Positions 36,910 to 49,778 of a DNA stretch of 64,000 bases are shown piece after piece. Below the pieces are notes generated by a model that was not told where the DNA came from, searched no databases, and worked only from the letters and a program-made list of their open reading frames with translations. The DNA is from Octopus sinensis. Taxonomy: Eukaryota. The number at the start of each line of letters is the position of its first letter. Position 1 is the first letter of the stretch. The stretch covers positions 1-64,000 of the forward strand of contig NW_021831993.1 of NCBI RefSeq assembly GCF_006345805.1. The letters run 5' to 3'. The position numbers and the translations under genes were made by a program.

Positions 36910-39900
36910 ATCATCATCATCATTGTTTAGCGTCCGTTTTCCATGCTAGCATGGGTTGGACGGTTCTACTGGGGTCTGTGAAGCCAGAAGGCTTCATCAG
37001 GCCCAGTCAAATCTGGCAGTGTTTCTACGGCTGGATGCCCTTCCTAACGCCAACCACTCCTAGAGTGTAGTGGGTGCTTTTCACGAGCCACCCGCACAGG
37101 TGCCAGACAGAGCTGGCAAACGGCCACGAACGGATGGTGCTTTTTATGTGCCACCGGCACGAGGGCCAGGCGAGGCTGGCAACGGACACGAAACGGGGCG
37201 GTGCTGGCAACGGTCGCGAAACGGAAGGTTCTCTTACATGCCACCGGCACTGGTAACACATCTGCAGTTTCCATTGATCTATTTCCATTGATCGATTTCG
37301 ATTCTGATCCTCACTTGCCTCAACGGGTCTTCACAAGTAGAGTTTCGACATGCCACCGGCACTGGTAACACATCTGCAGTTTCCATTGATCGATTTCGAT
37401 TCTGATCCTCACTTGCCTCAACAGGTCTTCACAAGTAGAGTTTTGTGTCCCAAGAAGGGAAGGTATGCATACGTAGGCTGGCTCCATCCCATGTAGAAGG
37501 CCACGGGTTATGGACTCACTTGTCCTGCCGGGTCTTCTCACGCACAGCACACTTCCAGAGGACTCGGTCTCTAGTCATTTCCTCAGTGAGACCTAAAGTT
37601 CGAGGGTTGTGCTTCACCACCTCGTCCCAGGTTTTCCTGGGTCTGCCTCTTCCACAGGTTCCCTCAACCGCTAGGGTGTGGCACTTTTTCACACAACTAT
37701 CTTCATCCATTAAACGTCTCTCTTGCACACCACAACTGATGCTTCTTAGGTCCAGCTTTTCTCTCAAGGTACTTACACTCTGCCGAGTATGAGTACTTAC
37801 ATTACACATCCATCGGAGCATACTGGCTTCATTTCTTGCGAGCTTACGCATATCCTCAGCAGTCACGGCCCATGTTTCACTGCCATGTAGCATGGCTGTT
37901 CATACATACGCATCATACAGTCTGCCTTTCACTCTGTGCGAGAGGCCTTTTGTCACCAGCAGAGGTAAGAGCTCTCTGAACTTTGCCCAAGCTATTCTTA
38001 CTCTAGCAGTTACACTTTCAGCACACCCGCCCCCACTGCTGACTTGGTCACCTAGGTAACGGAAACTATCAACTATTTCTAGTTTTTCTCCCTTGAAAAT
38101 GACGGAAGTTGGTCTCAGAGCATTTTCAGTGTTTATTGTTCCTGAGCATCTGCCACATACAAAAACCATCTTCCTAGTTAGCCTTCCTTTGACATTGCTG
38201 CACCTCTTATGTGTCCATAGCTTACACTTGGTGCATCTTATAGAGTTTCTACCTACACCTTTTCTACAGATCGAGCAGGGCCATCTACCTGAAGGCGTTT
38301 GTGATTTGTCTACCTTCCTACTGATTACGACTTTGGTTTTAGCTAGATTGACTCTGAGGCCCTTCGATTCTAATCCTTGTTTCCACACCTGAAACTTCTC
38401 CTCCGGTTCTGATAGCGACTCAGCAATTAAAGCAAGGTCATCAGCATAGAGGAGCTCCCAAGGGCATCCTGTCTTGAATTCCTCCGTTATTGCCTGGAGG
38501 ACTATAATAAATAGGAGGGGGCTGAGTACTGAGCCTTGGTGGACCCCTACCTCTACCCGGAATTCTTCACTGTACTCGTTTCCAACCCTCACCCTACTAG
38601 CGGCGTCCCTATACATGGCCCGCACAGCTCTCACTAACCATTCATCTATCCCTAGTTTCCTCATTGCCCACCAGATAAGGGATCGGGGGACCCTGTCGAA
38701 GGCTTTCTCCATGTCAACAAAAGCCAGGTACAGGGGCTTATCTTTGGCTAGGTATTTCTCCTGCAGCTGCCTTACCAGGAATATAGCATCAGTAGTACTT
38801 TTCCCTGGCACAAACCCAAACTGCATCTCATCTAAACTAACTCTCTCTCTAATTAGTTGGGCTATGACCCTCTCCGTAACCTTCATCACCTGATCCAACA
38901 GCTTGATACCTCTGTAGTTATTTGTATCTAGGGCGTCACCTTTACCTTTGTAGCAGTTGACTATTATGCTGCTACACCAGTCATTGGGTATGACTCCTTT
39001 GTGTATCACCTGATTAACTATACGGGTGACTAGGCTATAGCCGACACTACCAGACATTTTGAGCATCTCTGCAGTGATTCCTGATGGGCCTGGGGCTTTC
39101 CCTGTCTTCATGCTTCTAATTGCCTTAGCTACCACGGAACTATCAACTCGGATAGCTGGTCCCTCTGTTGGGTCAACATTCGGCAGACTCTCTTTATCCC
39201 ATTCATTTTCTTTATTCAGCAACCTTTCATAGTGGCATCTCCAAACCTCTCTTTTTGCTGAACATTGGCAAATTTTTTCTTATCTGCTTCCCCTCTGGCT
39301 AAATAAACCTGTCTCCTAGCTTCTCTTTTGGCAGTCTGATACAATTCTCTGCTACCCCCATTTTTCCAGACCTTCCAAGCCTGTCTCTTTTCTCTAATAG
39401 CCCTGTCTACAATATTGTTCCACCATCACGTTATTCTAGGTCGAGAGGGGACTTTGCACCAGCCACAGATCTGGTCAGTGGCTCTCAGCAGGTTGTCCCT
39501 TAGAAACGTCCAGCTGTCTTCTACCCCCTGTGATGCTCTATCCCCTTCTACTTCATCAGAGGCTTCAAGTAATATGTCCCTAAATCTCTGTCCATTTGCA
39601 GGATCTTTAAGCTTCCAGATCCTTCTTCTCCATATTGGTTGTCCTCCTAGTCCTGATCCTAAAGTCACTAACTACCAGTCTATGTTGTGGGGTACATTCT
39701 TCACCTGGGAAGGTTTTGGCATTTATAAGCAGCCATCTCTCCCTTTGCCTTGCAAGGATGTAGTCAATTTGGCTGGTATGTTGGCCCGATCGGTAAGTGA
39801 CTAGGTGGCTGGTAGGTTTCCTGAAGTTAGTGTTGCAAATCATAAGATTATTTGCATCGCAGAACTCCAGCAGCCTGGTTCCCTCCTCGTTGCGGGAGCC

Positions 39901-40225
39901 ATAGCCATAGCCTCCATGTACGCCATGGAAGCCCCCAGCATGTCGTCCAACGTGACCATTGAAGTCACCAGCGACAAAGATAAGGTCTCTGTCGTTCGTC
40001 AACGAGGTAGTCTGCAGTAGAGTGTCATAGAATCAGTCTTTCTGTCCATCGGGTAGCCCCGACTGAGGAGCATAGGCTGATATAATGGTTGCTAAACTAT
40101 GATGAAGCACTAATCTAATCTTAAGTATTCTGTCACATACTCTGATTACCTCAATTACTTTATCTACCCATTTCTCAGCGATAAGTATACCCACGCCACC
40201 AACCCCGTCAGTGTTCCCTGCCCAA
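36910..40225 (-). mobile_element. RTE LINE, youngest copy in the window (440-aa open RT segment), 5'-truncated inside the endonuclease
   Basis: ORF 37900-39222 (YRGIKLL, FVDMEKAFDRV, VHQGSVLSP, LLYADDL) plus 39607-40002 and 37516-37893. 3'UTR has a ~110-bp internal duplication (37240-37445) and a GAT tail. Confidence 0.95.
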
Positions 40226-41392
40226 AATCAAATATCAATTACCAGATAATACTCAATCACATGCTTTATTAAACCACCACATAAGAGACTGTAGGGTTAA
40301 ACATAAAAAGCAGAACAAATCAGTGTACATAAAGGAATGTACATAAAAAAGTGTACATAAAAGAGTAATGTTGTATAATAAGTAGAATATATATAAAAGA
40401 GAATATAATATAAGGAAAATTATTAACTGGAACACGGACATACATATATTCCGCTCTGGATCATAATGTAAGAGTTATTAATAATATTTTGAATGATAAC
40501 AATGATAACATTAATGGTATTGACAACGATAATGATGCTAACTTTAATGACACTTTAGAAATTATTATGAAGTAATATAATGTACTATTGACTATGTATA
40601 TTTGCATCTAGGTACTAATTTGTGTATGTTTATTATCACAATATTAAGTTGAAAAACTGACACATTGAGTGTGGAACACATATATATGTTTATTAATTTA
40701 TATATTTATTTATATCATTATGTAAATGTATATTTTTATATGTATAAGAGTGTGAGTATATGCACTCATATGTATATGTATATGTTGTATTGTGGGTACA
40801 CACCCACACCCATGTGGGTATATATTTAGACTGAGTTATATTACATAATCTCCGAAGAGGCCTTATGATATTTTTGTAAATGTCTCATTTATATCTATAT
40901 ATTGACCAACCATAAAGGGCTAATATTGGTAAAATGAGACATACTTATCTACATGGCCGAAACAGCTGTAAGATGTAATCTATACTTATATATATATTTA
41001 CTTATATTTATATTCTCTTTTATATATATTCTACTTATGAAACAACGTTACTCTTTTATGTACACTTTTTAATGTACATTCCTTTATGTACACTGATTTG
41101 TTTTGCTTTTTATATTTAACCTTACAGTCTCTGATGTGGTGTTTAATAAAGTATGTGATTGAGTATTTTCTGGTAATTGATATTTGATTTAGATGTATTT
41201 CTCCATTTTCTTATCTTGTATTAGTAATTTGTGGTAAATCATTTTACCTTTGCCCATATAATACAGTAAATGAATTGATTGCATCGCAATCATTAACATT
41301 TATGTATTAACTTTGTTGGGTACTTCACTAGCAGTATATTAGATATACGTTATCCCATGGAGGGTTGCATTTACAACCCCTATCTCAATTTG

Positions 41393-41400
<8 letters not shown>
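40223..41400. mobile_element. Non-coding Penelope-derived element with ~190-bp inverted repeats and a hammerhead-like motif
   Basis: 40223-40415 is the reverse complement of ~41005-41190. TCT-CCGAAGA-GGCC...GGCC-GAAAC-AGCTGTA-AGA at 40841-40978. Confidence 0.6.
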
Positions 41401-41430
<30 letters not shown>

Positions 41431-41442
<12 letters not shown>

Positions 41443-42840
41443 GGCCCTCATAGCAGAATCAGTACCGGAACTAGAAAAGAAATTTCGGGTGTGGAAACAA
41501 GGGTTAGAATCAAAGGGCCTTAGAGTAAATGTAGCAAAGACCAAAGTAATAGTAAGCAGCAAGGCGTACTCAGCACACACCCCCTCGGGTAGGTGGCCCT
41601 GCTCAATCTGTAGGAAAGGTGCAGGTAGAAACTCCATAAGATGCACCCAATGTAAGCTATGGACGCACAAGAGGTGCAGCAACATTAAAGGGAAATTAAC
41701 AGATAAGATAGCCTTCATGTGCGGCAGATGCACAGGGACAATAGACACCACAGACACTCAGAAAGCAGATTCCATCACACTCCAGGGAGAGAAACTAGAA
41801 GTAGTTGATAGTTTCCGCTACCTGGGTGACCAAGTTAGTAGCGGAGGTGGATGCACAGAGAGTATCACCACTAGAATACGAATAGCCTGGGCAAAGTTCA
41901 GAAAGCTCCTACCCCTACTGGCGAAAAAGGGTCTCTCCCTCAGAGCGAAAGGTAGACTGTATGATGCATGTGTGCGAACTGCCATGCTTCACGGTAATGA
42001 AACATGGGCTATGACTGCAGAGGACATGTGTAGACTTGAAAGAAATGAAGCTAGCATGATCCGCTGGATGTGTATGTCAGTGTGCACGCACGACAGAGTG
42101 TAAGCATCCTAAGAGAAATGCTGGATATAAGAAGCATCAGATGTGGTGTGCAAGAGCGACGTCTGCGCTGGTATGGTCATGTGCTGCGGATGGATGAGGA
42201 GAGATGTGTGAAGAAGTGCCACTCCCAAACAGTTGAAGGTATCAGGGGGAGAGGTAGACCCAGGAAGACATGGGATGAGGCAGTCAAGCTTGACCTCAGA
42301 GCGTTGGGCCTCACCGAGGCAATGGCGAAGGACCGAGATCTCTGGAGATATGCTGTGACTGCAAAGACCCGGGCTGCTTCCTGCATCAGTTCCGCATAGC
42401 CCCTGACCATTCAAAGTACCCCGGATCCCAGATCGTCCCGCTGTGCTTGAGGAGACCTGTTGAGTCAAGTACATGAACACTCCGAACACCCCTCCCCGCT
42501 GGTGCTCCCCTATATTTCTGCACCCCCCCACATAAAAAGCACCATCCGAACGTGGCCGATGCCAGCACCGCCCCGACTGGCTTCTGTGCAGGTGGCACAT
42601 AAAAAGCACCAACCGACCGTGGCCGTTGCCAGACCCCTCTGGCACCTGTGCAGGTGGCACGTAAAAAGCACCCACTACACTCACGGAGTGGTTGGCGTTA
42701 GGAAGGGCATCCAGCTGTAGAAACACTGCCAGACCAGACTGGAGCCTGGAGCAGCCCCTGGCTCCCCAGACCCCGGTCGAAACCGTCCAACCCGTGCTAG
42801 CGCGGAAAATGGACGTTAAACGATGATGATGATGATGATG
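41431..42840 (+). mobile_element. 5'-truncated RTE LINE inserted in (TA)n
   Basis: ORFs 41489-42103 and 42070-42399 match the 37516-38470 region; full 3'UTR and GAT tail present. Confidence 0.92.
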
Positions 42841-44554
42841 ATATATATATATATATAGGCAGAGGAGTGACAGTGTGGTAAGAAGCTTGCTTCCCAATCA
42901 CATGGTTACAGGTTCAGTTCTACTGTGTGGCACTTTGGGCAAGTGTCTTCTAGTATAACTTTGGGCTGACCAAAGCCTTATCAGTGGATTTGGTAGATGG
43001 AAACTGAAGGAAGCCTATTATGTATGTGTGTGTGTATTTGTGTCTCTGTGTTTGTTCCACCCCACCATCACTTGACACCGAAGTTGGTGCATTTATGTCC
43101 CCGTAACTTAGTAGTTCGGCAAAAGATACTGATAAAATAAGTACTAAACTTACAAAGAATGAGTCCTTGGGTTGATTTGTTTGACTAAAGGCAGTGCTCC
43201 AGCATGGCCACAGTCAAAAGACTAAAACAAGAAAAAGAATAAAAAAAACACACACATATACACATATATATATTTACAAAAAAACTTTGTCTAATGACAA
43301 TGTAATACGTATGTACTATGAGCACACAGGCTGCTTTACCACTAAAACTCTGGCTTGAACAACAACTTAAATGAAAGTGTTGTTGAAGCTGCCTATCAAA
43401 GATGGCTATAAGTGGTACATCATTGAGCTGGTAGATATATATTAGAAAAAGAGACAAACAAATAAAACCTGCAGTGGTATCACTTTAGAGTATGTAATTT
43501 TTCATTGAAACGTAATTGCAGATATAAAAGTTGAGAGATATACAATTATATTAGTATGTGTATGTGTGTGTATGTATGTGTGTCAGGTCACTTATGAGGT
43601 TCTCATAAGTGCGACTGGTAACGTGGAATCCAGTACAACATGTTGCATGTTTGGGTTGTTGTTGACTAAACCAGCACTCCACCAGGCTACCCTGGTGACA
43701 AGGGTTCCCAGAAACCCAGCAGGTTTGAAAACAAGACCTGTTGAAAGGTCGGATGAATCTAGTGCAGTCTCAACAGCTATCTCGCATATGAGGTAAAAAT
43801 ATTGGTGAAAAGGAAAAATAAATAAAGGTTGATATCATCATCATCATCATCATCATCGTTTAACGTCCGTTCTCCATGCTGGCATGGGTTGGACGGTTCG
43901 ACCGGAGATCTGGGAAGCCAGAAGGCTGCACCAGGCTCCAGTCTTATCTGGCAGTGTTTCTACAGCTGCATGCCCTTCCTAACGCCAACCACTCCGTGAG
44001 TGTAGTGGGTGCTTTTTACGTGCCACCTGCACAGGTGCCAGGCGAGGCTGGCAATGGCCACGGTCGGATTGGTGTATATTACGTGCCACCGGCACAGAAG
44101 CCAGTCGAGGCGGCGCTGGCATCGGCCACGAGTGGGATCGTGCTTTTTACGTACCACCAGACCAGGGATCCTGGCTGGTTCAATTCGATTTCGATTGAAC
44201 CGAACCAGCCAGGATCGGTTCAATCGATATAAAAATCATATATATCGATATATCGATTAAAAATCATATTAGATTTAAGGTTTACAAAACGTTGAATTAA
44301 GGATTAAAAGTTGTAAGATACATTGGCAGCAGTGAGAAACCCTAATGATGGATTTAAAAGTTTAGAGAAGTTCCAAAGAAATCTTTATAGAAAGTTATAA
44401 CATCAATATGAAGCAATTCGATGGCTGTTTCTGGAGTACATTAGTGAACAGGTATGGATCTTTTGGTGTCACACTGACAATGTCTCCTTCGTCAGGAATA
44501 AGTAAATAGGTAATTAATTATGTTTGAAGACATGTAAGAGGAGAGAAAAGAAAA

Positions 44555-44626
44555 CTTTAGGTTAGATTACGTTAGGCGCCGGCTACTCTATCGAGTAGCC
44601 GGCGCCTAACGTAATCTAACCTAAAG
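44555..44626. repeat. Perfect inverted repeat, 34-bp arms with 4-nt spacer
   Basis: CTTTAGGTTAGATTACGTTAGGCGCCGGCTACTC-TATC-GAGTAGCCGGCGCCTAACGTAATCTAACCTAAAG. Confidence 0.97.
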
Positions 44627-45196
44627 ATACTGAACACTTTTACAATGACTCATGTTTATACATGAAAGGAGATATCTAGTGTAGAATGTTGGGAAAATTC
44701 TTTTTAAAAAATGAGAAGAAGCAGGGCTGTGGAATACTTCATTTCTTATATTTCATGGTATAGAGTTTCATGAAACATGAGTGGAATTTATATATATTTT
44801 ATTTACATATTTTAATTTTATTTCTATTTTTATTATTTTCCCTTCTTGTGTATATATTATATATTTTTTGTATGTATACTTGTAAAAACAAATGTTTTGT
44901 TATTTAAGCAACCAGTAAAACAATACAATTTTCAGTTACTCATATCAGAGTAACTCACTGTAAACATTATTAATAAGATTGAAGTAAAAATTATCTGCCC
45001 CCAGAAGCCATCTCTACTCATTCTTGCAAATATATATAATACCATACCAAGAACTTCCTCTTTATTATTCTACTATATATATATATATATATACACTCTC
45101 TCTCTCTCTCTCTCTTTTACTCTCTTACTTATTTCAGTTATTTGATTGTGGCCATGTGGTTGGTTAGCAAGCTACTTACACACAACCACTCCTGCG

Positions 45197-45255
<59 letters not shown>

Positions 45256-45259
<4 letters not shown>

Positions 45260-45530
45260 GTAGAAAAAGCAGGGTTCCAACAAGGTTCAGCCCTCCGTCC
45301 CCTTTTATTCATCAGTCCTCCAGGCAATAACAGAGGAATTCATGATGGGTTGCCCCTGGGAGCTCCTCTATGCTGATAACCTGGCCCTCATAGCAGAATC
45401 ACTACCGGAACTAGAAAAGAAATTTCAGGTGTGGAAGCTAGATTTGGAATCAAAAGGCCTTAGAGTCAATGTAGCAAAGACCAAAGTCCTAGAAATTTGT
45501 AAGGCAAACACACCACATACCCCTTCTTGT
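45256..45530 (+). mobile_element. RTE RT fragment directly after (TA)n; further fragments at ~46575-47345, 50880-51135 and 53150-54480 in mixed orientation
   Basis: GCPWELLYADNLALIAESL and HQGSVLSPLLF motifs. Confidence 0.8.
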
Positions 45531-45850
45531 TCAAGAACATAACACACAACCCAGCCTGGAAATTGAACTCATTACCTCATGATTGTGAGCCCGATGCTTT
45601 AACCACTGAGCCAGGCACCTTCATGTATTTTAATATTTAGCAATAATTATTTCTAAAGTGAAAAAAGATAGAAAATGACAACAACACTGTGTGAATGATA
45701 GAAAAATATTCTATTGAATAGTTTTATTCTTACAAAAGACCCTGGGGTTGCACCTAGAATTAGAGAATTTCCTGTATTTTCTTAGTCTTTCTTCTGTTAA
45801 ATATATTCCTGTTCACATTATATGTGTTTTATGAATTCCAATTATATTCA

Positions 45851-46116
45851 CTAATTAGAGAATGTAATCAAATATTTAGGATATGCTTGAGAGTCATGGA
45901 AAATAACATAAATACTGGGTCTTTGAATATTATCAACAGCAGAATTGTATGAATCCGGTAAGACTTTTAATCCGTGTTGTCCTCGCATCACTTTTCCCAC
46001 AAGAACACTGCATTGGTATATTCTCTTTGTTCCGTGATGGTCAGGAGTAGAATAGGTATCATTTGCAGAATATTGGATGTCTTTGGCAAAATAAACACCT
46101 TCACCAAATACTGTGG
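45851..46116 (-). CDS. PARP-family mono-ADP-ribosyltransferase, last coding exon
   Basis: Acceptor TCTTCTCTTCTTAG| at 46117. Phase 1, open 266 nt: (A)TVFGEGVYFAKDIQYSANDTYSTPDHHGTKRIYQCSVLVGKVMRGQHGLKVLPDSYNSAVDNIQRPSIYVIFHDSQAYPKYLITFSN*. Confidence 0.92.
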
Positions 46117-47611
46117 CTAAGAAGAGAAGAAAAAATATATATATAGCAAATAAGAAAATGTATGTATGTTATTATGGTTGTCGTGTTGATAAATAAACAA
46201 GTTAACATTTTAATGTCCTAAATTTGATGAACCAACTATTGTGTTCCTCCATTTTCTTATTTGCAATATAAATTAATGGTAAAATACCTCTTTATCTTCA
46301 CCCATTTAATACAATAGGTAAGTTAATTGCAATGCAATTAAAAACACTTGTGTATTAATAATTGGGTATTATACCAACAGTATATAAGGGATAGGTATTA
46401 TCCCTTAGTGGGTTGGATCCACAACCCCTAACTTTCTTGGAGTTATATATATATATATATATATATGTTTATATGTGTGTGTGTGTGTATGTATATACAT
46501 GCATATATTTATATAATTAATATTAGAAGTAAAAATATAAAATAAACAGAATTGAAAGTCCTAAAACTCTGTAACACACACAGAGGGGTTCATCAAGGAT
46601 CAGTCCTTAGTCCCCTCCTTTTCATCATTGTCCTCCAGGCCATAACAGAACAATTCAAGACAGGCAGTCTCCGGGCACTACTATATGCTGATCCTCTTGT
46701 CCTCATAGCTGGTTCCATATCAGAGCTAGAAGAGAAATTCCAGGTGTGGAAGCAAAACCTGGATTCTAACTTAGCAATGGTTAAGGTCCTAGCAAGCAAG
46801 AAAACTGACAGGATCCTCCCCAACTCAGGTAGGTGGCCCTATGGTAGGAAAGGTGTAGGCAGGAACTCCATACTGTGCACCCAGTGTAAGTTATAGACAA
46901 ACAAGAGGTGCAAGAAGGTTAGCAGAGAAGATAGTTTTCATGTGGAAGATGCACAGGGTCCTTAAAAACTTGAGAAATTGATTTTCTCAATTGCCTTGGT
47001 GGCTCATTAGAGGTAGTAGATAACTTCTGCTACCTAGGGGACCAAATTAATAGGGATGGGGGAGATGCAAGAAGAGTGTGATAGCTAGAAGAAGAATAGG
47101 GCGGAGGAAGTTCAGAGAGCTTTTACCTCTGTTGGCCCCAAAAGGTTTCTGTTTCTGAGTGAAAGGAAGATTGTATGATGTATGTATATTGACAGCAATT
47201 CTACATGGTAATGAGATGTGGGCCCTAAATGTAGAGGGCATGCGAAGGTTGGAGAGGAATGAGGCTAGTATGCTCAGGTTCAACAGAGTGCCACTGTTCT
47301 GAGAGAGAAGTAAGGCATAAGAGGAATTGGTTGCTGGGTGCAAGACGGATGTCTTCAGATCTTGTTTTACACTTCAGGCAATTCTTACTGAAATCCTGGG
47401 ACCTTCAAGCTGACAAGAATTTTAGGTAGTGGTCTAATGAGAACAATCCCTTGTGCTTGACCTTTCTTCTTAGTCTGTGTATTTGAAAACAAGCCATGTG
47501 GCCTTTCCTCTTTCCATTTTGAAGAGAGGTTATAAGCCACTGACCCTGGCCAACCCTATGAACCAGCCATAACCAACATTCTCTAAGATACACATATATA
47601 TACATATGTAT

Positions 47612-47657
<46 letters not shown>

Positions 47658-47736
47658 AAGTTTGTTTTCAAAGCGTTAAAATGTATTGTAGAACAAGTTG
47701 AAAGATTTTTTTATTCAACGCATAAATACTGAACAG

Positions 47737-47767
<31 letters not shown>

Positions 47768-47965
47768 GATAGATCGTTAGCTCCTACACACATTTTTTTC
47801 TCTCCTTGTCTTTAATTTTCTGTGTATCTTTCTGTCGAAGAGCGTAGGCTCAAAACGTAAAAGACTTGTTCTATTTCTATTCCTGAGCGCTATACTAATA
47901 CATTTGTTTGTTTGTACTCCACCTGCCTTCGTCTTTTGTTTATTTTCGTAAACCTTCCCGTTATA
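47768..47965 (+). mobile_element. ~200-bp dispersed repeat with hammerhead-like motif (47828-47863); second copy at 50307-50490 (motif 50361-50396)
   Basis: The two copies align. Consensus CTTT-CTGT(A/C)GA-AGAGC-GTAG-GCTC-GAAAC-GTA-AAAG. Confidence 0.65.
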
Positions 47966-47967
47966 TA

Positions 47968-48372
47968 TCTCTCTCTATATAATCGGCAGTTTGGCTGTGC
48001 GTGTTTCTGTGTGTCTGTTTGCTTGTTTCTGTGTGTCTGTTTTCTCGTACCCTCACCCTGACCACGGCTTTCAACTGATTCTGATGAAACTTGACACACA
48101 CATAGCCCAATGTCATAATTCAAAACTAACGCAGCGAAAATTTTGAAAAGTTCCCCCACTTCTGAAAAAAATCGATAAATTCGACATGGGATCGAGAATC
48201 AGAAACACAAACTGCAAACTGTCTAGGCGACGCAACTCCACCTTTTTTTATTCTCAAAAAAAATTTACCATCATTTTTTTCCATTTTTTTGCTATTTTTT
48301 GGCTATAACTCTCTAAAAATGCTTTATAGTTATTTCCCTTACAACCTGAGCAACGCCGGGCGATACTGCTAG
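47968..48372 (+). mobile_element. Complete non-autonomous Helitron in a PARP intron
   Basis: A|TCTCTCTCTATATAAT 5' end; 3' CCTGAGCAACGCCGGGCGATACTGCTAG|T. Confidence 0.8.
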
Positions 48373-49213
48373 TATATATATAAAGGATAAAATCCTTTTA
48401 AGAGCAAAACAATTTGCCAGCAGTCAGCCATGAGGATCGAACTCACACCCTTCTAATATCTGGTTGCGGTGCTCTTTTCAAACCAATAGGCTAGGTAGGA
48501 GTGCAAAACTGGGCGACAGGTAAACCATCTACTCCTAAAGTATTTTTACCTAGACACCATCTCAAGGAAGGTTGCTAACCAAAGCTAAAGAGTATCATGC
48601 TACCTTAACACACAGTCTTGAATGACCATTGACTACGAGAGCAGTTCCTTTGCCCTTTAACGGGTCTTATTTTGGTCCCGCAGGGTGTCCAACAATCACC
48701 CTCCCAACTAAGCAATGCTCGGTGGTGTTAAGTCACCAACGACCCGACCATGCAACAGGTTGTACTGGATTACATGGTACCAGTGGTGCACAAGAGCAAC
48801 CTGATATGTAAATCTAGCAATCAACAACACCCCTTCTAATGCCTTTCTTGCAATTGTTGATTTACAAAGATTAAAGAGAAGCATTAATGCTAACCAATCC
48901 CCACAGTTTAGAAGGGTCTGAAAAGGGGATGGGAAGCCCCTTCCTCCCAATCCAGCAAGAAAAACAAGTAAAAGTGTTGGTTCCACAATAATAAGATACA
49001 CCTGGTTTACTCTAGAGCAGAAGACGTTAGGAAGGGGACCTGGCAGTAGAAACGATGCCAAACATGGAATGTGTGAGCAACATGACATCCTCTGTCCTCT
49101 CTGAGTGAGAAAGGATTCTAAACAGCAATCAATGTGGACAGTGACAGTCTGTCCAGCTCAGGACAATAGGAAGGGTTGGTAGATGATGATGATGTTGATT
49201 TTAATATACTTAC

Positions 49214-49391
49214 CATTTCTACCACAATAGCTACGGTTGAATCCTGATTTATTTATTCCCTCAACAGCTCCTTCAGCAGTACCATGCCAAAGGCCATCAA
49301 CTTCATTTGTAATCTTTGGATTTTCTGCCTCAAACTTTTTTTTCAATGCTTGGTATCCCTGGTACAATGTTTTATTTTGAATTCTCTCAAT
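49214..49391 (-). CDS. PARP catalytic-domain exon containing the HGT motif
   Basis: TTTTCTACAG| acceptor, |GTAAGT donor. 178 nt: IERIQNKTLYQGYQALKKKFEAENPKITNEVDGLWHGTAEGAVEGINKSGFNRSYCGRN; phase 1 fits the next exon. Confidence 0.93.
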
Positions 49392-49778
49392 CTGTAGAAA
49401 AGGAAAATACATTTATGAAAAAACAATCAGTTCACTTCTTTGACAAGGAAATAATGTTTGTGGTGAAAAACCCCAACCCTATCTGCTTTTTTTTTCTTTT
49501 TTATTTGATACCAATTTTGATTCAGCTGTAAATTTGGTAAGGCATAATAGTTTAGCTGCAAAATGGTGTTGCATTTACAATTCAATGCAAGAAGTTAAAG
49601 CCGAGGTATTTTTGTTGAGCAAAGATTTCTTGTGAATATCCAAAAACACATAGAACCATCCCAAAATAGGTTCATACAATGAGATTTAAATCTTTCATAC
49701 AAACAAAATGTCTCTTAACATTTTGTTTTAACAATAAACCATCAAATATTGTTTATAAACAGAAGTAAAAATACAAAC

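Noticed and set aside
36975-37010. Hammerhead in the RTE 3'UTR (CTGATGAAGCC-TTCT-GGCTTC on the minus strand)
   Set aside because: No GAAA follows stem II, and other copies of the UTR lack CTGATGA.
37900-39222. Domesticated or host gene from the 440-aa ORF
   Set aside because: It is a plain RTE reverse transcriptase segment flanked by frameshifts, with many related copies in the window.
44385-44510. Short protein-like frame YLLIPDEGDIVSVTPKDPYLFTNVLQK on the minus strand
   Set aside because: No convincing splice sites or start, and no recognisable domain.
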